From: the human T2T-CHM13v2.0 reference genome, Homo sapiens
NCBI RefSeq assembly: GCF_009914755.1
Contig: NC_060948.1
Reading direction: 5' to 3' (one strand)
DNA: 64,000 nucleotides
The position numbers and the translations under genes are program-made. The notes beneath the pieces were generated by a model. It worked only from the letters and a program-made list of their open reading frames with translations. It searched no databases and was not told where the DNA came from. Within the stretch, counting starts at the first letter, position 1. Each line of letters starts with the position of its first letter. Shown piece after piece: positions 1 through 14,872 of this stretch.

Positions 1-1502
<1,502 letters not shown>

Positions 1503-1660
1503 TAATTTTAACTACTTTTTTTGCCAATGACTCTGTTTCAGTTTTTGAAACCTCTTTATAAACACCTTGTTCTAAGCCAGGCTTGTAGGAAAGATAAAGT
1601 AAAGTCCAGTTACTTCTGCTGGTAATAATTTATATACAGTGGAATTAGAAGTGGCTCTCT

Positions 1661-1970
1661 TGTTTTGTTTTTTTTATTTTTTTATTTTTGAGATGGAATC
1701 TCACTAACTCTGAGCACAAGCTGGAGTGTAGTGGCACAATCTTGGCTCACTGCAACTTTTACCTCCCAGGCTCAAGCAATTCTTTTGCCTCAGCCTCCTG
1801 AGTAGCTGGAATTATAGGCACACAGCACCAAGCCTGGCTGATTTTTGTATTTTTAGTACAGATGGGGTTTCACCATGTTTGTCATGCTAATCTCACAAAC
1901 TCCTGACCTCAAGTGATGCACCTGCCTCCACCTCCCAAAACGCTGATATTGCAGGCATAAGCTACTGGCC
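1661..1970 (-). mobile_element. Alu (AluS-like)
   Basis: T-rich tail followed by the reverse-complement Alu dimer. Confidence 0.88.
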
Positions 1971-2273
1971 TTCAGTGGCTTTTAACAAACTTAAATTTTC
2001 ACACATTCTTAATTGGGCTAGATGGTACTTCTCATCCTAGTCCTGATAATATCTACCCCAGGCACATTTTGGAGTTATAATTAACGATATGCTGTCACAC
2101 TGAGCTAACCGAAATCATTTTGTGATTCAGAGATTAATATTGACATTAAAAATTATTAATAGGGTTTTATCCTATTGGGTCCAATTTCAATAAAAAGGTC
2201 TTCACCTGAACTAACCGTTTCATCACAAAGCACAAAAAATAGAAATAAACCTCCAAGGAGCGTGCGCATGTTC

Positions 2274-2278
<5 letters not shown>

Positions 2279-2318
<40 letters not shown>
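2279..2318. repeat. (CA)20 microsatellite
   Basis: Perfect dinucleotide run. Confidence 0.97.
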
Positions 2319-2320
<2 letters not shown>

Positions 2321-2342
2321 GGATCTCTATTTACCTACTTAC

Positions 2343-2645
2343 TTTTAAGATAGAGTCTCACTTTGTCACCCAGGCTAGACTGCAGTGCCATGATCTCAGC
2401 TCACCGTGAACTTCAGCTCACTGTGACCTCCACCTCCTGTGTTTTAGCAATTTCCCTGAGTCAGCCTCCTGAGTAGATGTGATTACAGGTGTGCACCAAC
2501 ATGCCTGGCTAATTTTTGTATTTTTAGTAGAGATGGAGTTCCACCATTTTAGCCAGTCTGCTCTTGAACTTCTAACCTTAGGTGATTCTCCCAGCTCAGC
2601 CTCCCAAAGTGTTGGAATTACAGGCATGAGCCACCATGCCCAGTC
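2343..2645 (-). mobile_element. Alu (AluS-like)
   Basis: Reverse-complement Alu dimer; aatggatc occurs on both flanks. Confidence 0.88.
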
Positions 2646-2750
2646 TAATGGATCCCTTCTATGGTGGCATCTTGGTGTGGAGCAAATTAATGATCTTAAG
2701 CCTCCAGTATTTTTCATTGTTCCCTACCCAGCTAATGACACCAGTATCTT

Positions 2751-5700
2751 TATTTTTCTTTTATTTTATTTTTTATTATTTTTATTATACTTTAAGTTCT
2801 AGGGTACATGTGCACAACGTGCAGGTTTGTTACATATGTATACATGTGCCATGTTGGTTTGCTGTACCCATGAATTCACCATTTACATTAAGTATTTCTC
2901 CTAATGCTATCCCTCCTGCATCCCCACATCCCACGACAGCCCCTGGTGTGTGATGTTCCCCACCCTGTGTCCAAGTGGCCTCATTGTTCAATTCCCACCT
3001 ATGAGGGAGAACAGGCAGTGTTTGGTTTTCTGCCTTTGTGATAGTTTGCTCAGAATGATGGTTTCTAACTTCATCCATGTCCCTACAAATGACATGAACT
3101 CATCATTTTTTATGGCTGCATAGTATTCCATGGTGTAGATATGCAACATTTTCTTAATCCAGTCTATCCTTGATGGACATTTGGGTTGGTTCCAAGTCTT
3201 TGCTCTTGTGAATAGTGCTGCAGTAAACATACAAGTGTATTTGTCTTTATAGTAGCATGATATATAATCCTTTGGGTATATATCCAGTAATGTGATTGCT
3301 GGGTCAAATGTATTTCTAGTTCTAGATCATTGAGGAATAGCCACACTGTCTTCCACAATGGTTGAACTAGTTTACACCCTCACCAACATTGTAAAAGCAT
3401 TCCTATTTCTCCACATCCTCTCAAGCACCTGTTGTTTCCTGAGTTTTTAATGATCACCCTACTAACTGGTGTGAGATGGTATCTGATTGTGGTTTTGATT
3501 TGCATTTCTCTGATGACCAGTGATGATAAGCATTTTTTCATGTGTCTTTTGGCTGCATAAATGTCTTCTTTTGAGAAGTGTCTATTCATATCCTTTGCCC
3601 ACTTTTTGATGGGGTTGTTTGATGTTTTTCTTGTAAATTTGTTTCTTTGTAGATTCTGGATATTAGCCCTTTGTCAGATGGGTAGATTGCAAAATTTTTC
3701 TCTCATTATGTAGGTTTTCTGTTCACTGTCATGGCAGCTTCTTTTACTGTGCAGAAGCTCATTAGTTTAATTAGATCCCATTTGTCTATTTTGGCTTTTG
3801 TTGCAATTGCTTTTGGTGTTTTAATCATGAAATAATTGCACATGGCTATGTCCTGAATGGTACTGCGTAGGTTTTCTTGTAGGGTTTTTATGGCTTCTAG
3901 GCGTAATATTTAAGTCTTCAATCCATCTTAAATTAATTTTTTGTAAGGTGTAAGGAAGGGATCCAGTTTCAGCTTTCTACGTATGGCTAGCCAGTTTTCC
4001 CAGCACCATTTATTAAATGGGAAATCATTTCACCATTTCTTGTTTATGTCAGGTTTGTCAAAGATCAGATGGTTGTAGATGTGTGTTGTCATTTCTGAGG
4101 GCTCTGTTCTGTTCCATTGGTCTATATCTCTGTTTTGGTACCAGTACCATGCTCTTTTGATTACTGTCACCTTGTAGTGTAGTTTGAAGTCAGGTAGTGT
4201 GATACCTCCAGCTTTATTCTTTTTGTTTAGGATTGTCTTGGCAATGCAGGCTCTTTTTTGGTTGCATATGAACTTTAAAGTAGTTTTTTTCCAATTCCAT
4301 GAACAAGTTCTTTGGTAGCTTGATGGAGATGGCATTGAATCTATAAATTACCTTGGGCAGTATGGCCATTTTCATGATATTGATTCTTCCTATCCATGAG
4401 CAAGGAATGCTCTTCCATTTGTTTGTGTCCTCTTTTATTTTGTTGAGGAGTGGTTTGTATTTTTCTTTGAATAGATCCTTCACATCTCTTGTAAGTTGGA
4501 TTCTTAGGTTTTTTATTCACCTTGTAGCAATTGTGAGTAGGAGTTCACTCATGATTTGGCTTTCTATTTGTTTGTTATTTGTGTATGTGATACTTGGGAT
4601 TTTTGCACATTGATTTTGTATCCTGAGACTTTGTTGAAATTGCTTATCATCTTAGGGAGATTTTGGGCTGAGACAATGGGGTTTTCTAAGTTTATAACCG
4701 TATCACCTGAAAACAGGGACAATTTGACTTCCTTTTTTCCTAATTGAATACCCTGGATTTATTTCTCTTGCCTGATTGCTCCGGCCAAGAACTTCCAACA
4801 CTATGTTGAATAGGAGTGGTGAGAGAGGGCATCCCTGTCTTGGGTCAGTTTTCAAAGGGAATACTTCCAGTTTTTGCACATTCAGTTTAATATTGGCTGT
4901 GGGGTTGTCAAAAATAGCTCTTATTATTTTGAGATCGTTCCATCAATACCTAGTTTATTGAGAGTTTTTAGCATGAAGAGTTGTTGAATTTTTCAAAAAC
5001 ATTTTCTACATCCATTGAGATGATCATTGTTTTTTGTCTTTGATTCTGTTTATTTGATGGATTATGTTTATTGATTTGTGTATGCTGAACCAGTCTTGCA
5101 TACCAGGGATGAAGCCCACTTAATCATGGTGGATAAGTTTTTGATGTGCTGCTAGATTCGGTTTGCCAGTATTTTGCTGAGGATTTTTGCATTGATGTTC
5201 ATCAGGAATATTCTTCTAAAACCCTTTTTTTGTTGTGTCTCTGCCAGGCTTTGGTATCAGGATGATGCTGGCCTCATGAAATGAGATAGAGAGGAGTCCC
5301 TCTTTTTCTACGGTTTGGAATAGTTTCAGAAGGAATGGTACCAGCTCCTCTTTATACCTCTGGTAGAATTTGGCTGTGAATCCATATAGTCTTGGACTTT
5401 TTTTTGGTTGGTCGGCTATTAACTGCTGCCTCTATTTCAGAGCCTGTTATTGGTCTCTTCAGGGATTCAACATCTTCCTGGTTTAGTCCTTGGAGGTTGT
5501 GTCCAGGAATTTATCCATTTCTTTTAGATTTTCTAGTTTGTTTGTATAGAGGTATTTATAGTATTCTCTGATGGTAGTTTTTATTTCTGTGGGGTGGAGT
5601 CAGTGGTGATATCCCTTTTATCTTTTTTTATGGTGTCTATTTGATTCTTCTCTCTTTTCTTCTTTATTAGTCTTGCTAGCAGCCTATCTATTTTGTTGAT

Positions 5701-8700
5701 CTTTTCAAAAAACCTCCTCCTTGATTAATTGATTTTTTAAGGGTTTTTTTGTGTCTCTATCTCCTTCAGCTCTGCTCTAATTATAGTTATTTCTTGCCTT
5801 CCACTAGCTTTTGTTTTGTTTGCTCTTGCTTCTCAGTTCTTTTAATTGTGATGTTAGGGTGTCAATTTTAAATCTTTCCTGCTTTCTCTTATGAGAAATT
5901 AGTGCTATAAATTTCCCTCTACACACTGCTTTAAATGTGTCCCAGAGTTTCTTGTATTTGTGTCTTTGTTCTCATACATTTCAAAGAATATCTTTATTTC
6001 TCCGTTCATTTCTTTATTTACCTAGTAGTCATTCAGAAGCAGGTTGCTCAGTTTCCATGTAGTTGTGTGATTTTGAGTGAGTTTCTTAATCCTGCATTCT
6101 AACTTGATTGCACTGTGGACTGAGAGACAGTTTGTTGTGATTTCTCTTCTTTTACATTTGCTGAGGAGTGCTTTACTTCCTTCCATCTATGTAGTCCATT
6201 TTGGAATAACTGCAATGTGGTACTGAGAAGAATGTATATTCTATTGATTTGGGGTGGAGAGTTCTGTAGAGGTCTATTAGGTCTGCTGGTGCAGAGCTGA
6301 GTTTAAGTCCTGGATGTCCTTGTTAAACTTTTGTCTTGTTGATCTGTCTAATATTGACAGTGGGGTGTTAAAGTCTCCGATTATTATTGTGTTGGAGTCT
6401 AAGTCTCCTTGTAGGTCTGTAAGGATTTGCTTTATGAATCTGGGTGCTTCTGTATTGGGTACATATATATTTAGGATAGTTAGCTCTTCTTGTTGAACTG
6501 ATCCCTTTACCATTATGTAATGGTCTTCTTTGTCTCTTTTGATATTTGTGGGCTTAAATTTTGTTTTATGAGAGACTAGGATTGCAGTCCCTGCTTTTTT
6601 TTTTTTTTTTTTTTTTTTTGGCTTTCCATTTATTTGGTAGATCTTCCTTCATCCCTTTATTTAGAGCCTATTTGTGTCTCTGCATGAGAAATATGTCTCC
6701 TGAATACAGCATATTGATGGGTCTTGACTCTTTCTCCAATTGGCCAGTTTGTGTCTTTTAACTGATGCATTTAGCCTATTTATGTTTAAGGTTAATATTG
6801 TTATTTGTGAATTTGATCCCATCATTATGATGTTATCTGGTTATTTTGCTTGTTTCTTGATGTAGTTTCCTCATACCATCGATGGTGTATACAATTTGGC
6901 ATGTTTTTGCAGTGGCTGGTACCAGTTGTTCCTTTTCAGGTTTAGTGCTTCCTTCAGGAGCTCTTGTAGGGCATGCCTGGTGGTGAAAAATTCTCTCAGC
7001 ATTTGCTTGTCTGTAAAGTATTTTATTTCTCCTTCACTTATGACACTTAGTTGACTGGATATGAAATTCTAGATTGAAAATTCTTTTCTCTAAGAATGTT
7101 GAATATTGGGCCCCACTCTCTTCTGGCTTATAGAGTTTCTGCCAATAGATCCTGTTATTCTGATAGGCTTCTCTTTAAGGGTAATCTGACCTTTCTCTCT
7201 GGCTGCCCTCAACATTTTGTCCTTCATTTCAACCTTGGTGAATCTGAAAATTATGTGTCTTCTGTTTGTTCTTCTTGAGGAGTATCTTTGTGGTGTTCTC
7301 TGTATTTCCTGAATTTGAATGTTGGCCTGCCTTGCTAGGTTGGAGAAGTTCTCCTGGATTTATATCCTGAAGACTGTTTTCCAGCTTGGTTCCATTCTCC
7401 CCATCACTTTGAGGTACACCATTCAGACATAGATTTGGTCTGTTCATATCGTCCCATATTACTTGGGGGCTTTGTTTGTTTCTTTTTTCTCCAAACTTCT
7501 CTTCTTGCTTCATTTCATTTAATCTTCAATCACTGATACCCTTCCTTCCACTTGATTGAATCAGCTACTGAAGCTTGTGCATGTGTCACGTAGTTCTTGT
7601 GTCATGGTTTTCAGCTCCATCAGATCATTTAAGGACTTCTCTACACTGTTTATGCTAGTTAGCCATTCATCTAATCTTTTTCCAAGGTTTTTAGCTTCCT
7701 TGTGTTGGGTTAGAACATGCTCCTTTAGCTTGGAGAAGTTTGTTAGTATCAACCTTCTGAAGTCTACTTCTTGGTCCAGCTTTGTTCTGTTGCTGACAAG
7801 GAGCTTCGATCCTTTGGAGGAGAAGAGGCACTCTGGTTTTTAGAATTTTCAGCTTTTCTGCTCTGGTTTCTCCCCATCTTTGTGGTTTTTTTCTACCTTT
7901 GGTCTTTGATGATGATGACCTAGAGATGGGATTTTAGTGTTGATGTCCTTTTTGTTGATGTCGATGCTATTCCTTTCTGTTTGTTAGTTTTCCTTCTAAC
8001 AGTCAAGTCCCTCAGCTGCAGGTCTTTTGGAGTTTGCTGGAGGTCCACTGCAGACCCTGTTTGCCTGGGTATCACAAGCAGAGGCTACTGAACAGCAAAT
8101 ATTCCAGAACAGCAAATATTGCTGCCTGATCCTTCCTCTGATGCTTTGTCTTGGAGGGTTGCCTGGCTGTGTGAGGTGTCAGTAGGCCCCTACTTGGAAG
8201 TGTCTCCCAGTTAGGCTACACGGGGATCAGGAACCCACATGAGGAGGCAGTCTGTCCTTTCTCAGAGCTCAAACACTGTGCTTGGAGAACCGCTGCTCTC
8301 TTCAGAGCTGTCAGACAGGGATGTTTAAGTCTTCAAAAGTTTCTGCTGCCTTTTGTTCTGCTATGCCCTGCCCTGAGAGGTGGAGTCTACTGAAGCAGGC
8401 AGGTCTCCTTGAGCTGCGGTGGGCTTTACCCAGTTTGAGCTTCCCAGATGCTTTGTTTACTTACTCAAGCCTCAGCAATGGCAGATGCCCCACCCCCAGC
8501 CAGACTGCCGCCTCACAGTTCAATCTCGGACTGCTGGCTAGCAGTGAGCAAGGCTCTGTGGGGGTGCGACCCACTGAGCCAGGTGCGGGATATAGTCTCC
8601 TGGTGTGCCATTTGCTAACACCATTGGAAAAGCGCAGTATTAAGGCAGGAATGTCCCGAATTTCCCTGTACAGTCTGTCATGGCTTCCCTTGGCTAGGAA

Positions 8701-8910
8701 AGGGAAGTCCCCCAACCCCTTGCATTTCCTGGGTGAGGCGAGGTCCTGCCCTGCTTCAGCTCACCCTCTGTGGGCTGCCCTGACTGTCCAGCCAGTCCCA
8801 GTGAGATGAACCAGGTATCTCAGTTAGAAATACAGAAATCACCCATCTTCTGCGTCAGTCACGCTGGGAGTTGCAGACCTGAGCTCTTCCTATTCAGCCA
8901 TCTTGGAAGC
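2751..8910 (-). mobile_element. Full-length (~6.2 kb) decayed primate L1PA (older subfamily, roughly PA5-PA8)
   Basis: Poly(A) at the left end, then 3'UTR, fragmented ORF2 (EN: EELTILNIYVPNTEAPRFIKQ), fragmented ORF1, and a 5'UTR starting GCTTCCAAGATGGCTGAATAGG on the minus strand. TSD tgacaccagtatctt 2736-2750 / tgatatcagtatctt 8911-8925. Confidence 0.95.
8478..8618 (+). other. L1 ORF0 remnant (antisense ORF in the 5'UTR), frameshifted, with splice donor SD1
   Basis: gcaATGG start giving MADAPPPARLPPHSSISDC, similar to ORF0 MAGAPPPASLPPCSLISDC. A 1-nt loss follows, with TAA at 8616-8618. Donor GAGCCAG|GTGCGG at 8582/8583. Confidence 0.75.
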
Positions 8911-8925
8911 TGATATCAGTATCTT

Positions 8926-9285
8926 CTTGTTTTTTGTCTTGTTTTGTTTTGGTTTGGTTTGTTTTTGTTTTTTTGTTTTTGTTTTTGTTTTTTGAGATGG
9001 AGTCTTGCTGTGTCATCCAGGCTGGGATGCACTGGCATGATCTGGGCTCACTGTAAGTTCCGTCTCGTGGGTTCATGCCATTCTCCTGCCTCAACCTCAC
9101 AGGTAGCTGGGAGTACGGGCAACCACCACCATGCCTGGCTAATTTTTTGTATTTTTTTCCTAGAGGCAGGGTTTCACCGTGTTAGCCAGGATGGTCTTGA
9201 TCTCTTGACCTCGTGATCTGCCCTCCTCAGCCTCCTCAGCCTCCCAAAGTGCTGGGATTACAAGCATGAGCCACCATTCCTGCCC
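8926..9285 (-). mobile_element. Alu (AluSc/Y-like) directly adjoining the L1 5' TSD
   Basis: Long GTTTT-patterned tail and reverse-complement dimer. Confidence 0.92.
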
Positions 9286-10126
9286 TTGGTTCCAGTATCT
9301 TTCTACAGAGCAAGGCGGATATCAGCATTGACTGTTTTCTCTTTCTGACATTTTGCATCCAGACAATTACCAGGTTCTGTTGATTGTGTCTCAAATTGGC
9401 TCAGTTCTCTCCTGCCTGCCCCTGTGCTAGTCTGGACCAGCTTCCCTGGGGGGGTTATGGCAATTGTCGTGGGATCCACTCTAGTTTCTGTCTAACCCTT
9501 CTGCAAGGGAGCAGCCAGAATGTCTGCAGGAGTGAAATGAAACCATGCCTGTCACCCTAGTGTCCTCAATCTCTGCTTCATCACTTCTGAATAAAGATAA
9601 ATGCCCCAAACCTAAATTAAAAGAAAAAAATGATAAATACCCTCCATGTCTGATCATGATGATTTATCCTGACCTCTTGTCCACCTCACAGTCAGAGTTT
9701 TGCATGGAAAAAATAACGAACCAGCCAATGCACACAGTTTGTAGTAATACTGCAACATCGGCAACTTATACAATAATGATAGAAAACAAAGAATATGGAG
9801 ATAAACACACACATATTACTTGAGTGTCTCTCTGAGTGGCTGGTTGATAGTTTCTCTTTTGTGCATTTATAATAAAAGTAAAAAAACAACAAAAATATAC
9901 TTTAAAAAAATTCCATTTTTGTGTACAAAAATTACAAAGCATAGTAGCCCAAAGTAGGTCTCTATATAGCTGTTTATTTTTGTGTCTGTGTGAGATTTTA
10001 GTTAATAGTCACATAGAGCCTGCATTTTGCTATATTTAATCTCTTTTTCAACAATTTCCCTTGGGGCTACACTAAATGCCTTTTTTTCTAATTTCAGTGC
10101 TTTCAATTTTCAATTGTAAAACACAA

Positions 10127-10128
10127 AT

Positions 10129-10171
<43 letters not shown>

Positions 10172-10454
10172 TGAGACAGAGTCTCACTCTGTTGCCCAGG
10201 CTGGAGTGCAGTGGTGCAATCTTGAAGTACTGGAAGCTCCGCCTCCCGGGTTCACGCCATTCTCCTGCCTCAGCCTCCCTAGTAGCTGAGACTACAGGTG
10301 CCTACCACCATGCCCGGCTAACTTTTAAAATTTTTAGTAAAGACAGGGTTTCACCATGTTTGCCAGGACGGTCTCGATCTACTGACCTCATGACCCACCT
10401 GCCTCAGCCTCTGACAGTGCTGGGATTACAGGCGTGAGCCACCGCGCCCGGCCC
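10127..10454 (-). mobile_element. Alu (AluY/Sc-like) with (ATTT)11 tail at 10127-10170
   Basis: Reverse-complement dimer ending gcgcccggcc; caaatttat-like sequence on both flanks. Confidence 0.92.
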
Positions 10455-10639
10455 CAAAATTTATTTTTATATGGTTGCTGAGTTGAGACATGTGTCCTTA
10501 AATCGCTTATATAAATTCTGATGAATGATTACTAATGAAACATGTTCTTAAAATAAGTTCAACATGACATTCAGAGCCACTACTCTGGAGTGCTTTTCCT
10601 CATATTCATTGACACAATTGAACTTCTCATCTTAAGCTG

Positions 10640-11176
10640 TTGGAGTTATCTACTACTGTGTAACAAATTGCACCAAAACTTAACAGCTTAAATCAACTCA
10701 CATTTGTTATCTCATTGTTTCTGTAAGAGAGAAATCTGGGCACAGCTTCTAGGTCTCTATTAGTCTGCAATCAAGTGCCGGAGCTGCGGTCTCATTTGTG
10801 GTTCAAATGTGGCAGCATCTCTTTCCAAGCTCATTTAGTTGGTTGCAGGCAGGGCTTAGTTCCTCACAGGCTGTCTGCCTGAAAACCTCAAATTTTGCTG
10901 GCTGTTGGCTAGACATTTCCCTCTTTTCCTTATAACATGAGCCTCTCCATAATGGCCACTTACTTCATCCACAACCAGAAAGATCTAGAGTGCCAGCGAG
11001 ATAGAGGTCATAGTCGTTGGCAACCCAATCACAGAAGTGACATCTGATCACTTTTCCCTTATGCTATCATTGGAACTAAATCAGTAGGTGCAGCCCATAC
11101 TCAGTGGGAGGGGATTGTATCAGATGTGAATACCAGAAGGGAAGTCACTGGGGCCACTTTTAGTTGGCTGACCACA
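10640..11176. mobile_element. MaLR LTR (MLT1 family)
   Basis: Typical motifs tgtgtaacaaat...aaaacttaacagcttaaa and a terminus ending ctgaccaca. Confidence 0.65.
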
Positions 11177-11334
11177 TTTTTTTAAAAACACTATTACTAT
11201 ACTTTATACTCTACATATCATATTGTTATTAATAATAACTTACAAATTAATAATTCAATATTATTAAATAACTACAGTGAAAAACTGTGGCCTCTTACTA
11301 TGATTTCCTTACTAAATCAATAAGTACTAAGAAC

Positions 11335-11570
11335 CCAGAAGGAGACCCTGTCTCTCTCTAAAAAAAATTTAACATTAGCTGGGCATGGTGGTGATCCCTT
11401 GTAATCCCAGCCACACTATTAACAAAATTTAAGGTCCCCAAGGCTGAGGTGGGAGGATTGCTCGAGCTGGGAGGTCAAGGCTTCAGTGAGCTTTGATTGT
11501 GCAACTGCAATCCAGCCTGGGTGAAAGAGTGAGACTCTGTCTCAAAATAAATAAATAAATTAAAAATAAA
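11335..11570 (+). mobile_element. Partial old Alu (AluJ-like)
   Basis: Right arm with gggaggattgctcgag and an A-rich tail. Confidence 0.8.
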
Positions 11571-12010
11571 TATTTAACAATCCTCAGTGTGTAGTTTTAT
11601 CCTCAAAATAATACTTATAAGGTATTATTATTCCTCTTTTACAGAAGAGAAAACTAACAGGCTAAATATACAGCTCGTGGTTTCACTGCTAGCAAGCACG
11701 GGAGAGAGAACGTAAATCTCAACAACAAAAAACACATTTCTGACTCTACTGCCCAATTTAGTGGACATAGTACTTGCGGATTTCCTCATTTGACCAGTCA
11801 AAGTCTTGTAAGGTGACTGTGTGTCTCATCCAATGTGGAACCACCACAGGACTGTTATGATGTCATCTTTCTAGGTTTTACACCGTGTTTGTGGAATTGA
11901 AATGGATTCAGTTGAATTGTCAGTGAATTGCTTTCTATTGTAAAAGTGTAGCTAGATTAAAATGCCCCTAACAAGTTACACTTGCCTACCACTTTATCAT
12001 TTTGGAAAAC

Positions 12011-12397
12011 TTTTTTTGGGGTGGAGGGGGAGGGCAGGGTCTTGGTCTCTCGCCCAGAGTAGAGTGCAGTGGCATGATTATAGCTCACTGTGTAGCCTCA
12101 AACTCCTGGGCTCAGGCCATCCTCCTGCCTCAGCCTCCTGATTAGCTGGGACTACAGTCACGTGCCACCAAACCCAGCTAATTTTAATTTTTTTTTCTAA
12201 CCTCAGGTGTCCCACTGGCCTTGGCCTCCCAAAGTGCTAGGATTACAGGCATGAGCCAATTCCCCTAGCCTAATTTTTAAATTCTTTGTAGAGTTGTGAT
12301 CTTACTATGTTTCTCAGGCTGGGCTTGAACTCCTGAGCTCAAGCAATCCTCCTCCTCAAAGTGCTGGAATTGCACATTTAAACTGCTGCATCTGGCC
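12011..12397 (-). mobile_element. AluJ-like element with an extra left-arm fragment
   Basis: Two caaagtgct left-arm ends (~12230 and ~12358). Confidence 0.75.
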
Positions 12398-12823
12398 ACA
12401 TTTCAGAAATATTTTATTAGTCATCATGGGTGACTCCATGATGGTTAAGGTGACATCTCAGAGTGATGTGCAGAAGAATGATTCACAAGGAGAACATGCC
12501 TCCTAAAGCATCATAGCTGGTGGTCTGAGATGAGGTCAGAGTATGACTCATTTCTCCTTTCATTCTGCTCGTTCTTGAAAAACAGAGAATAAAAGCTACC
12601 AAGGAGATAATTAAGGAGAGTTAGGAATCAGAGAGTAGCTGCAACCAAAAAAAAAAAAAAAAATGGAGACTATCACATTTCCTGGCTTGGTTATCTTTAC
12701 AGGAAGAATTCTGGAGCTCTGGGTTTGCTTTTTATGAAAACAGGAGATCCTGAAAAGGGAGGGAGGTGAGAAGGTGATTGGAAGTAGGTCAGGGGAGAGA
12801 GACAGAGAAGGCTATGGTGTCCA

Positions 12824-13523
<700 letters not shown>

Positions 13524-13901
13524 TAGGATAACTCTTGATAAAAATGCAAGGTAGCGAAAGATTTGCCACATGGACAAATGGTGGAATAAGCAACTGGAAA
13601 GGTATGAGAAGAAGAAATATTTTCAGCCTAATGTTTGCCTCGAAAAGCCTTTTTGGAGATGGTTGCCTATGTGCATTGGAATTTAAGGGCTTCTATAACT
13701 TGTAGAAGTATATTATACCTAACGAAGATTGTCTGTTAGAATTGAAATGTACTTGAGGGTGCAAACAAGAAATTTTCACCTACTCAAATGGATTGTCATT
13801 TCCAAATCCTTTGGTAGATGCCCGTCTGCCTATGTACAGGGACAGAAGAAATAAATTGCAATTCTGTTATGTACAGGAGGTGAAAATGCTACAGATGATA
13901 T

Positions 13902-14607
13902 TGTAATGCCAAAGGTTGTTGCCTTAGACACACCAAAGAATTTGTGTGGTGGCTGCTTGCGGAGAGTGATGGAGACGTGGACCAAGATTAAAAAAAAAAA
14001 AAGCTGTAGGCTTTATTGAGCAGAGTAACAGTATAAAGCTTCCACAGCGTGGAAGGGGTCCTGAGTGGGTAGCCAGAGTTTGATTATGCAGTTGCCTTTT
14101 AAACTCTTTAAGGTGGGAATTACGTCCAGAGGGAAGATGTTAACCAAGCAAGAAAAAAACCAGTAAATTATTTTGTGACATGCCTTAGATTTTGAGGAAA
14201 ACCAAAATTGCAACTTAGGTTTTATCTACCTTTTGACCTTGCAGCAGCATGGTAAAGGAGACAGGATTTTACAGGACTTTACAAAGTATGTTCACAAGGA
14301 ATTGGAATTGGGAGCATAGATAAGGACCACTGGTCACAGAAAAACAGGTCTTTAACATTCCTTTTAGTTTTAGGGGAGGGGGAAGGGAGAGAGGGAGAGA
14401 GGACACAGGGAAGCTTACAGCAAAATTTTTGCTGTCTATAGCTTTCTTGGGGAAGAAAACACATGCAAAAATCTTGCTGTTAAGAATATAACTTTAATAT
14501 TATTCATCCAGGACAAAAGTAAGTCCTGAAGCAGGAAATAAGTGAGTTTCACAGCTTTCTGAGCCTTTACTTGACGCAGGAATGCCAGCTGGCCCCTCCT
14601 TTCAACA
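13902..14607 (-). mobile_element. Solo ERV-type LTR (probably ERV1/MER4 group)
   Basis: TGT...ACA termini, about 700 bp, AATAAA on the minus strand at about 14012. Family name not secure. Confidence 0.55.
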
Positions 14608-14633
14608 GGGAGGGTAACATGCTAGCAGTAATG

Positions 14634-14872
14634 CAGTGGTTTCAACCAGGGGCACTTGTGTGCCCCAGAGGATATTTGGCAGTATCTGAAAGACACATTT
14701 ATTTCACAACTAGGGGAGAACAGAGAGGGTTGGGGGAAGCATCCTGTTGGGGTTTTGTGAGTAGAAGCCAGGGATGTTGCTAAGCATCTTACAATGCACA
14801 GAACAGCTCCCCTCCCCACCAATAAAGACTCATTTAGTCCCCATGTCAATAGTGTTGAGGCTGAGAAACACT
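14634..14872 (+). mobile_element. MER20 (hAT-Charlie non-autonomous DNA transposon)
   Basis: cagtggtttcaacc start, gatgttgctaagcatcttacaatgcacag core, aatagtgttgaggctgagaaacact end. Confidence 0.85.

Noticed and set aside
8282-8809. 175-aa ORF on the + strand
   Set aside because: Non-ATG start inside the antisense L1 5'UTR; its second half is the shifted ORF0 frame.
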